Made by a program: the position numbers and the translations under genes. Under the pieces are notes generated by a model, which searched no databases, was not told where the DNA came from, and saw nothing but the letters and a program-made list of their open reading frames with translations. Below are positions 1-7,223 of a stretch of 64,000 nucleotides of DNA, in pieces (position 1 is the first letter of the stretch; every line of letters starts with the position of its first letter). Source of the stretch: a virus; IMG/VR virus record IMGVR_UViG_3300032117_000020, one strand, 5' to 3'.

Positions 1-156
1 TTTAAAATATTCATTATTAACTGCAATTCATCCCCACCCACAAGCGGATGGGGAATTCTTGCAGGATAACTATAAAAATGCCCCAATGGTCGCACAGTCT
101 ATGATCAATGTCCAATTGCACTGTGGGTGAAATGAAATGAGACCAGAAAAGGTGGA

Positions 157-663
157 GTGTTGGGTATGATTATTCAGAAATTTTTTGAAATGCTTGCAGA
201 ACGACCTTCGTATCATCAAATTGAGAGTATGATGCATAAGGCTCGCACTACATATAATCAGATCTTATTTATTAAGAATAAAAAATCTGCATATTATTTG
301 ATGAATTTGGCAATTTCTGATAATAAAAATAGAATTTCGGAATTGTTGAAGGATGACGAGATTTTTCGCACACATGCTTTAAACTATCATTCAGTATACA
401 GCAAAAAATATTTTCGTGCAATTGATTATTATTTTTATGAAAATGAGCATGGAAATAATGTTTGGCGAGAACCAGAAATTGGCGACTACCTAAAATTCCG
501 ATCCAACTATAAAGATAAAAATTTAGCAGGCAAAAGATGTAAATTGATTAAATCGGTTCATCATAAATCTGAAGCAGAAAATCTCATGCAATGCACTGTG
601 GAGTTTGGTGGAAAGATAATTGTGTGTGAATTTGGAGATGTGAGGCAGATCAACAAGAGATAA
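157..663 (+). CDS. hypothetical protein (168 aa)
   Basis: ORF track; + strand, co-oriented with neighbours; no recognisable motif. Confidence 0.5.
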   Translation: MLGMIIQKFFEMLAERPSYHQIESMMHKARTTYNQILFIKNKKSAYYLMNLAISDNKNRISELLKDDEIFRTHALNYHSVYSKKYFRAIDYYFYENEHGNNVWREPEIGDYLKFRSNYKDKNLAGKRCKLIKSVHHKSEAENLMQCTVEFGGKIIVCEFGDVRQINKR

Positions 664-766
664 TTTGAATTTTTGAGAAAAAATTTCCCGATTTAAAGAC
701 ATATTCGCGAAGCTCATGACATATTTGCGAAGCAAATGGTCTGATTAAGGATCAATTATCGCAGAT

Positions 767-798
767 AATTTCCCGATAAAAATAATTTCCATAATATC
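767..798 (+). promoter_or_regulatory. conserved promoter-like motif (AATTTCCCGATAAAAATAATTTCCATAATA) preceded by TTATC..GATAA hairpin
   Basis: one of ~28 near-identical motifs directly upstream of start codons; ATG at 804. Confidence 0.55.
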
Positions 799-803
799 CA
801 TGT

Positions 804-1046
804 ATGATCAACATTAATTTTGATGATGAATTTTTTCAGAAATATTCTAAAACATTCATCGATCATCGAAATATTTTGAAATGTGGTGAGGCAGATAAAA
901 TTTGCTACGCGACCATTACACAGGCTAAGAAACATCGGAAAGAATTTGAGCGAAAATACGGTAAATACTATAAAGTTTATGAATGTGAGAAATGCGGATT
1001 TTGGCACCTTTCTACAGTAGATGACAAATTTAAAAGGAACAAATAA
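804..1046 (+). CDS. small protein with C-terminal Cys-x2-Cys zinc-ribbon-like motif (YECEKCGFWHL)
   Basis: ORF track; promoter motif 5 nt upstream. Confidence 0.5.
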   Translation: MININFDDEFFQKYSKTFIDHRNILKCGEADKICYATITQAKKHRKEFERKYGKYYKVYECEKCGFWHLSTVDDKFKRNK

Positions 1047-1049
1047 ATA

Positions 1050-1424
1050 ATGAAAAATTTAATTAAGGCAATTTTATACTATATTGGTGGGCTTTCAGTA
1101 TTGTTTGGAATTTTGTTTGTTGTGGACTACCTAGAGAGTCACCCTCTGCACATCACACAAAGTGCTTCTATGATTCTCGTTTGTACCGCAATTTCAATCT
1201 ATTTTGGTCGGGTCTTCTGCACTGAAACCACCGTTAAAATTGGCATTTTGGCATTTATCATACTAGAAACGATTTTTCTTTTGGCGGATTATATAATTTT
1301 TTTCGCGCCGCTATTGGTATTAATGTATATTGGAAATATGCTTTTAGTTGCCAGTTTTGTGATATTGCCAATATATCTAATAAAATTCAATTTAGATTTA
1401 AAAAATAATAAACCCAAACTATGA
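1050..1424 (+). CDS. multi-pass membrane protein
   Basis: ORF track; long hydrophobic stretches throughout. Confidence 0.55.
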   Translation: MKNLIKAILYYIGGLSVLFGILFVVDYLESHPLHITQSASMILVCTAISIYFGRVFCTETTVKIGILAFIILETIFLLADYIIFFAPLLVLMYIGNMLLVASFVILPIYLIKFNLDLKNNKPKL

Positions 1425-1705
1425 AAAATATGTTCGACAGAATACAAGATTATATTACGATGCAAAATCAAGAGCATGATTCCAGAGAAGAATTATATGA
1501 ACTTCAGTTTCCAGATTTAGATAAATATTATTTATTTTTTAGATCAGACAACGGCAATAGAGAAGACTGCAACACATATTATTCAGATATTGTGATTGCA
1601 AAAAATCGTAGGGAAGCGGTAGAAAAATACATGAACTATGCCAATATCAATCAAGAAGAATTTGACCTAATGTACACATTTGAACGACATGATGCAATAT
1701 CATGA
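1421..1705 (+). CDS. small acidic protein, paralogue of 40177..40446 and 40476..40700 (shared YYLFF..DNG...IAK..EAVE motif)
   Basis: ORF track; ATGA overlap with upstream gene; paralogy seen by eye. Confidence 0.5.
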   Translation: MKNMFDRIQDYITMQNQEHDSREELYELQFPDLDKYYLFFRSDNGNREDCNTYYSDIVIAKNRREAVEKYMNYANINQEEFDLMYTFERHDAIS

Positions 1706-2246
1706 ATCACACATGATACAATCTCGCACACTATTAAAGGAGACAACACAAAAAACAATGCTAAGCACAATTAAGAAATGGTTTCGAAAGAAGCCAAGCG
1801 TAAATTCACAAAGCCCAATGCGAGGCTGGGGCCGAGACACCACATACACCGACACACCACACCGAGCAAGAATTACTTCGCCCATGTATAAGGGATATCA
1901 TTATCTTGGCGGCTCGTGGTACACACCTGACAATATCCTCATTACAAACATGAATCTTATTGATGATCTCACGGATCTTTTATATGATTCATCTAATTAC
2001 ACAACGGCATTGTATCATGATTCTTCGTTGTCTGATGTAGGCATATATTCTGATTTTCAAATGCCAATTATTGATTCTAATGCCGTTGTAGAATCTTCAA
2101 ATACAGGTTTTGATATTGGTCAGCAAAATTTTCAGGATAATTCTGGCGACATTAATGTTGGATTTTCTGGATATTTTGATCCGCCATCATCTGTCGATTC
2201 TGGAAGTAGCAGTTTTGATTCTGGAAGTTCAAGCAGCGATTTTTAA
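1680..2246 (+). CDS. hypothetical protein with Ser/Asp-rich low-complexity C-terminus
   Basis: ORF track; start uncertain (in-frame ATG also at 1713). Confidence 0.4.
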   Translation: MNDMMQYHESHMIQSRTLLKETTQKTMLSTIKKWFRKKPSVNSQSPMRGWGRDTTYTDTPHRARITSPMYKGYHYLGGSWYTPDNILITNMNLIDDLTDLLYDSSNYTTALYHDSSLSDVGIYSDFQMPIIDSNAVVESSNTGFDIGQQNFQDNSGDINVGFSGYFDPPSSVDSGSSSFDSGSSSSDF

Positions 2247-2255
2247 ACCCATCAA

Positions 2256-2432
2256 ATGATTATTTTATATTTAAAGTTATTGCTTTTGATTATTGTGGTT
2301 ACGGTGATCGCCGGAGCGCTAGTGTCTTTTTTCTATAAATCCGACAACAAGAATAAACAAAATCGCCATGTCATTGGCGAGCCACACACAGAAGATCGAG
2401 ATTATAATGATAGATCATATGAGGATTGTTAA
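2256..2432 (+). CDS. small hydrophobic membrane protein (58 aa)
   Basis: manually read ORF below track threshold; strongly hydrophobic N-terminus. Confidence 0.3.
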   Translation: MIILYLKLLLLIIVVTVIAGALVSFFYKSDNKNKQNRHVIGEPHTEDRDYNDRSYEDC

Positions 2433-2614
2433 TATATGTGGAATTTAATTGTAGATATAATTTTAAAAACGATTTTAGTTTTGTTTGGTTTATTTTTTGT
2501 CTTTATGGCAATCGTATTGCTTTCAGATCAATCCGGAGCGGACTCGTAGGCGCTGAGCCCCATACAAATATCGGAGAATGGAACGACAGGGCATACGAAG
2601 ATTAAACTAAAAAA

Positions 2615-3223
2615 ATGAACATTACCAAATCACATATTAAACAATCAATCGCTGTGGGATTGAGAAAAGGTGTATACAGCAAAGAGGCATCAATGCTGTA
2701 TAGCGCCCTTAATCCTTTATTTTTCAACATTGATCCTAAAATCTCTGAAATAGGAGATATTTATGTTGAAAATCTTGCAGAAGCAGCATTTATTGCGCTT
2801 CAAAACAACGAAGACCCCGTAATAGCAATGAAGGCAGCCTCGCTAGATAGAATTGAGATCAAAGATGCACCTCTAACCCTCACACCAGAAAACCAAGGTT
2901 TAAAATGTTTAAAAAGTATGTTGCCATTATTTGAAAATTCGGTACATAAAATTGATCTTGATAAAGATGGCATTTATAATTTTTATGATTATGACATCAA
3001 GAATGATTGGGAGCTGCGAGGATATGTGGGTAAATCAGAAATGTGGATTGCAGTTGCTGTATTGCTAAAGCTTGCTGAAGAAATTCCTGAGGTAAAAGAA
3101 AAATTTGCGCCATATCTTGTGTCAGATATCCCCACACTATGTAATGCGCTATACAATGCATCGTTAAATATGCAAGATGATGACTGGGTTTCATTATGGA
3201 GCTGGATTGAATATGCAGCCTGA
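2615..3223 (+). CDS. hypothetical protein (202 aa)
   Basis: ORF track. Confidence 0.55.
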   Translation: MNITKSHIKQSIAVGLRKGVYSKEASMLYSALNPLFFNIDPKISEIGDIYVENLAEAAFIALQNNEDPVIAMKAASLDRIEIKDAPLTLTPENQGLKCLKSMLPLFENSVHKIDLDKDGIYNFYDYDIKNDWELRGYVGKSEMWIAVAVLLKLAEEIPEVKEKFAPYLVSDIPTLCNALYNASLNMQDDDWVSLWSWIEYAA

Positions 3224-3443
3224 TTACATTGAGATAGCCAAAAATGCAGGCATTTATATCAATATCAAACATCCGATTGCAAAACTTTCAAGGCAAGGCA
3301 AGGATAATGTTCATCCATCTGCATTTGATAGTCTTGCTAATTTTTATCAGATCAACATCACAAAAGAATTAAAGAAATATGATATTGAATGGAGTATTGA
3401 AGAAGGCAGAAAAGTGATATCAGCATATCTATTTGGAGAATAA
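3213..3443 (+). CDS. hypothetical protein (start refined to ATG 3213, overlapping upstream stop)
   Basis: ORF track 3177..3443; in-frame ATG at 3213 overlaps stop of upstream gene. Confidence 0.4.
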   Translation: MQPDYIEIAKNAGIYINIKHPIAKLSRQGKDNVHPSAFDSLANFYQINITKELKKYDIEWSIEEGRKVISAYLFGE

Positions 3444-3447
3444 ATAA

Positions 3448-3681
3448 ATGAAATATTATCAGAAAATTAAGAAAGGCGAGTTTGGCATTGATGTGCTGTA
3501 TACCAAAGATGATTCTGAGGATCTTTATATCATTAGAGATGTGAGAGAAAAATCCGTTCGACAGCTTCTTGGACCAGATTATGATTATCTATATTCTCGC
3601 AATATCACAAAATATGGTTTTGAGTATTGTGTAAAGATGAATGACAGTCACTATAGAATTTTAAAAGATGAATGCCAATGA
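3448..3681 (+). CDS. hypothetical protein (77 aa)
   Basis: ORF track. Confidence 0.5.
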   Translation: MKYYQKIKKGEFGIDVLYTKDDSEDLYIIRDVREKSVRQLLGPDYDYLYSRNITKYGFEYCVKMNDSHYRILKDECQ

Positions 3682-3883
3682 ATTTAAAATAGGCGATATT
3701 GTGATATATCAAGGATTTAATGAGCGTGTAATAGGCACAGTTTATGATGTTCTTGACGACGAACATATTAGAGTGAATCCAATATGCTCTAAATTTCGAC
3801 TATATATAGATATCTCATACCATAGTAAATGGTTTCAACATTATGTGCCCAAAAATATTCCACAATACTTTAAAGAATTATGA
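3668..3883 (+). CDS. KIGD/PEYF mini-protein family member 1 (array A)
   Basis: N-term NEFKIGDIV, C-term PQYFKEL; tandem array with ATGA overlaps. Confidence 0.6.
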   Translation: MNANEFKIGDIVIYQGFNERVIGTVYDVLDDEHIRVNPICSKFRLYIDISYHSKWFQHYVPKNIPQYFKEL

Positions 3884-4116
3884 ATAGATTTAAGATAGGA
3901 GATATGGTAGTTTTAAGGGCTGAAGAAAAATCATCTCCGGAAGTGGTTATTGCTGGCAAAGTAACTAAACTTTTAGATCGAGGTGAATTTAATATGAAAG
4001 TAATGTATTTGGTCGCACCAAAATATTTGGATGATGAAGTCTGCAATCCTGGCACCAGATGGCGCGAAGGTGGATTTAGATTAATGATTTTTTGTCCAGA
4101 ATATATGAAACAATAA
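3880..4116 (+). CDS. KIGD/PEYF mini-protein family member 2 (array A)
   Basis: N-term RFKIGDMV, C-term CPEYMKQ; ATGA overlap. Confidence 0.6.
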   Translation: MNRFKIGDMVVLRAEEKSSPEVVIAGKVTKLLDRGEFNMKVMYLVAPKYLDDEVCNPGTRWREGGFRLMIFCPEYMKQ

Positions 4117-4125
4117 AATAAAGCA

Positions 4126-4338
4126 ATGAAAGAATTTAAAATAGGAGAAATATTGTATGTGGACTATAAAAAAGAAGCGCGTTTAATATGTGAGGTCGTA
4201 GATGTCAATGATATTGGATGCGTAAAAATTACCACAGTTTCTGGCAACATAGAATATGATAAAGAAAAATATTGGCCGTCATATGTCTTTAATAGATATA
4301 GTAAGAAAAACATTCCACAATATTTTAATGAATTATGA
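4126..4338 (+). CDS. KIGD/PEYF mini-protein family member 3 (array A)
   Basis: N-term EFKIGEIL, C-term IPQYFNEL. Confidence 0.6.
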   Translation: MKEFKIGEILYVDYKKEARLICEVVDVNDIGCVKITTVSGNIEYDKEKYWPSYVFNRYSKKNIPQYFNEL

Positions 4339-4535
4339 GAAAATTTAAGATTGGAGATATAGTGACATACAGCCAGACTGGTCATCACATAATTGGCATG
4401 GTTATAGATGTCAATATATATAACGACTGCTCAATTAAAATTATTCGTTCTAATCTTGGGCACATCGGCACAACTTCTTGCTCATCTAAATATTTATCAT
4501 TTCTTCATATTCCACAATATTTTAATGAATTATGA
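4335..4535 (+). CDS. KIGD/PEYF mini-protein family member 4 (array A)
   Basis: N-term KFKIGDIV, C-term IPQYFNEL; ATGA overlap. Confidence 0.6.
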   Translation: MRKFKIGDIVTYSQTGHHIIGMVIDVNIYNDCSIKIIRSNLGHIGTTSCSSKYLSFLHIPQYFNEL

Positions 4536-4750
4536 GAAAATTTAAGATTGGAGATATAGTGAAGTATAGGGGTTTTCTATGTGGAAACTATGCAGTTGGT
4601 TATGTAAGAGAATTTTGCCCAGATAATCTAAAATTCAAAATGGATATACTTTACAGCAATATTAATTATATTGACAGTACCGTGGCATTGCCAATATCAA
4701 AAACTAGTTCACCCACGCTAATATGCCCAGAATACTTTAAAGAATTATGA
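4532..4750 (+). CDS. KIGD/PEYF mini-protein family member 5 (array A)
   Basis: N-term KFKIGDIV, C-term CPEYFKEL; ATGA overlap. Confidence 0.6.
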   Translation: MRKFKIGDIVKYRGFLCGNYAVGYVREFCPDNLKFKMDILYSNINYIDSTVALPISKTSSPTLICPEYFKEL

Positions 4751-4977
4751 ATAAATTTAAAATTGGAGATATTGTTGTGAGAAACAATTATCAAAACACA
4801 AATTACAGAGTTATCGGAGAAGTTATAGATCGACCACTGCACATGTTATCTATGAAAACATTTTTCATGAGAGTTATTTCTTCATGCAACACACATGCCA
4901 CGGATGGAGAGTATAGCGAATGTTATTATGATTTATATCATAATAAATGCCCTGAATATCTTAAAATTTCACAATAA
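4747..4977 (+). CDS. KIGD/PEYF mini-protein family member 6 (array A)
   Basis: N-term KFKIGDIV, C-term CPEYLKISQ; ATGA overlap. Confidence 0.6.
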   Translation: MNKFKIGDIVVRNNYQNTNYRVIGEVIDRPLHMLSMKTFFMRVISSCNTHATDGEYSECYYDLYHNKCPEYLKISQ

Positions 4978-5037
4978 GCTCAATTTTTGAGAAAAATTTT
5001 CCGATTTAGGGATCAATTATCTTCCTTAAGGCTTGAT

Positions 5038-5067
5038 AATTTCCCGATAAAAATAAAAATCATAATG
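5038..5067 (+). promoter_or_regulatory. conserved promoter-like motif with upstream hairpin module (CAATTATCTTCCTTAAGGCTTGATAAT)
   Basis: motif AATTTCCCGATAAAAATAAAAATCATAATGA; ATG at 5072; same composite element recurs at 55804..55858. Confidence 0.55.
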
Positions 5068-5071
5068 AGAT

Positions 5072-5245
5072 ATGAAAGAATTTCATATTATCACCATCAA
5101 TAAATTCAATGAATATCTAGTCACTGAGGCAATTGATTGCTCACTGTATGAAGCAGCACTATTATGGAGAAATAAAGATTGTCATATTGTACATGCTTTT
5201 CCTATTACGGAAGCGCAATATGAGGAATGGCATAAAAATGATTGA
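5072..5245 (+). CDS. small hypothetical protein (57 aa)
   Basis: manually read ORF immediately after promoter motif; below ORF-track length cutoff. Confidence 0.4.
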   Translation: MKEFHIITINKFNEYLVTEAIDCSLYEAALLWRNKDCHIVHAFPITEAQYEEWHKND

Positions 5246-5558
5246 AAAATACAGCAAAGATAATGTTATCATGTTTGAGATAGGTGATGAATTTTTTATT
5301 CTCGATAAAAAGAAGCAATATTTTCTAGATTTTTATATCGAATTTTTCACGGCGCTGAAGGATCATTCAATTTCGTATGAAATCAGAAATCCTAGTAAAT
5401 ATGACCTAATTGATTTTAATGAAAGTCGTGTATCTGCATCCATTTCTCATATAGGAATCCGTGCAGAATATTATAGTGGCAATCGATATATTGACAAAGA
5501 CTATAATATCGCAGATTTTATCAAATTTTTGAAGAGAAGAAAGAAGCAGTATGAATAA
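5238..5558 (+). CDS. hypothetical protein (track ORF 5133..5558; start refined to ATG 5238)
   Basis: in-frame ATG at 5238 overlaps upstream stop (ATGATTGA). Confidence 0.45.
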   Translation: MIEKYSKDNVIMFEIGDEFFILDKKKQYFLDFYIEFFTALKDHSISYEIRNPSKYDLIDFNESRVSASISHIGIRAEYYSGNRYIDKDYNIADFIKFLKRRKKQYE

Positions 5559-5811
5559 ATATGTGCTGAAATATTATATGAGCAACAACTGCACATATTG
5601 TGACGCTAAATATGTGGGGATTATTGCAAATTCCAAGAATGAGATCAATGATAATATCCTAGAAAAATGGCAAAAATGGAGAGAATCAGAAGCATCATCA
5701 GAGCAAAATATTTTTGGTCACATCATTGATTTGAATGATTTATTTTGTGAGTATAAAATTGATTTTGAAATCTATGATCTAGACGAATTGTTTGAAGAAT
5801 TGTTGCCTTAA
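5551..5811 (+). CDS. hypothetical protein (86 aa)
   Basis: ORF track; 8-nt overlap with upstream gene. Confidence 0.5.
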   Translation: MNKYVLKYYMSNNCTYCDAKYVGIIANSKNEINDNILEKWQKWRESEASSEQNIFGHIIDLNDLFCEYKIDFEIYDLDELFEELLP

Positions 5812-5813
5812 AA

Positions 5814-5843
5814 AATTTCTCAATTAAATTAATTTCCATAATA
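5814..5843 (+). promoter_or_regulatory. conserved promoter-like motif (variant TTTCTCAATTAAATTAATTTCCATAATA)
   Basis: ATG at 5848. Confidence 0.5.
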
Positions 5844-5847
5844 GTGT

Positions 5848-6453
5848 ATGCAAACTTTTCTGCCATTTCCAGATTTTAAACGATCATTTGAGTCACTAGA
5901 CAAAAGCCGGTGTCAAAAACAAATTATTGAGGCATCACAGCTTCTCGATACATTATTCAACATCCCCACCATCGCAGGAACGCCAAGACAAGGCTTTTTA
6001 AATCATCCTGCATTAAATATGTGGAGAAATAATGCGGGGAGTTTGGTTGATTATTTTGAAACTGGAATTGAAGAATGCGAACGTAGATCTATCAAAACTG
6101 TTTATTGCAGAAACAAACTCTCCACCTATAGATCATTGTCAACCGACTCCAGCACTCCATCTTGGCTTGGAGACCCGATGATTCATGAGAGCCATCAATC
6201 TAGACTTCTTCAAAAACCATATGAATCTGCTTTAAACGATCAGAAAAATTATGAAAGATTGGTTGATTGGTATCGAAACCAAAATTTTGAAGCGATTAGC
6301 CTCAGTAATCTTTTTGATATGGACTATCAATGGCCTGTGATGAGTGGCAATAATTATGCTCTTCAAACTAAAATTTCGAAGGATAGACAAAAAATTAAAA
6401 AGAATTTGGTAGAGAGTTTTGGATTGAATCCATATTTGAAGGAGAAATTATGA
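5848..6453 (+). CDS. hypothetical protein (201 aa)
   Basis: ORF track; promoter motif upstream. Confidence 0.55.
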   Translation: MQTFLPFPDFKRSFESLDKSRCQKQIIEASQLLDTLFNIPTIAGTPRQGFLNHPALNMWRNNAGSLVDYFETGIEECERRSIKTVYCRNKLSTYRSLSTDSSTPSWLGDPMIHESHQSRLLQKPYESALNDQKNYERLVDWYRNQNFEAISLSNLFDMDYQWPVMSGNNYALQTKISKDRQKIKKNLVESFGLNPYLKEKL

Positions 6454-6707
6454 TTAAATTTTTAATGTTTGGGTGTTTTTCCACATTCTCTTTTGAGGCA
6501 GAGTCAAAACAGGGTGTATATGATGAATTAGAGAGTTTAGCAGATCAAATGATCAGTGATAGAGATTCTTTTGAATTTTATGGTCATCAAATGCACTGCG
6601 ATGATGTGTTTGAATGGAATGAAAATGAGGAAAAATATGTGCCAGATATCAAACTGTACAGTTTAGATGAATTTTACAGCACATATCTGCCAGGAAATAA
6701 TAGATGA
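6450..6707 (+). CDS. hypothetical acidic protein (85 aa)
   Basis: ORF track; ATGA overlap. Confidence 0.5.
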   Translation: MIKFLMFGCFSTFSFEAESKQGVYDELESLADQMISDRDSFEFYGHQMHCDDVFEWNENEEKYVPDIKLYSLDEFYSTYLPGNNR

Positions 6708-7189
6708 AAAAGCCCATTAAAACCACCAAACTGCCCAATCTTGAAACGTTTAAGTTTGAATATATGTTGTCGCATTACATCAACATCGACACACCGCAAA
6801 AAGAATTTTTCTGTAGAGACTTCAAAACTTTTCTAATTTTTGCGCACCTACAGGCAAAGGATATGATGAATCATTTAGATGTGCGTGTGGAAGATTTATG
6901 CACCATGTGCGAAATTGCGATTGATATATCAGATAATTTAAATATTCTAACTTTTGGGCGCTATCCATGTGATAAAGACGGCTATTTCCATTTGCTGCAA
7001 TGTGATGATGATGCAGACCCAGTAGATCATGGAAAGATTTTTGTCGGTCATTTAATTCCAAAAGACGCCACATGGTCTTTATATAATATTGAGCCATATA
7101 TGTTTAACGGAACAATACCAAACCAGCGTAGATTCACATATGATCCAGGAATCAATTTTGATTTCAAAATGTATAATTTTAAAAAATAA
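6704..7189 (+). CDS. hypothetical protein (161 aa)
   Basis: ORF track; ATGA overlap. Confidence 0.5.
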   Translation: MKKPIKTTKLPNLETFKFEYMLSHYINIDTPQKEFFCRDFKTFLIFAHLQAKDMMNHLDVRVEDLCTMCEIAIDISDNLNILTFGRYPCDKDGYFHLLQCDDDADPVDHGKIFVGHLIPKDATWSLYNIEPYMFNGTIPNQRRFTYDPGINFDFKMYNFKK

Positions 7190-7219
7190 AATTTCCCAAC
7201 AAAAATAAAACCTATAATA
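7189..7219 (+). promoter_or_regulatory. conserved promoter-like motif
   Basis: AAATTTCCCAACAAAAATAAAACCTATAATA; ATG at 7224. Confidence 0.55.
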
Positions 7220-7223
7220 ACAC

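Noticed and set aside
523-1007. Minus-strand ORFs 523..735 and 756..1007 overlapping + strand genes
   Set aside because: Antisense to co-oriented + strand genes with promoter motifs. AT-rich sequence gives frequent spurious ORFs. No start or promoter context.
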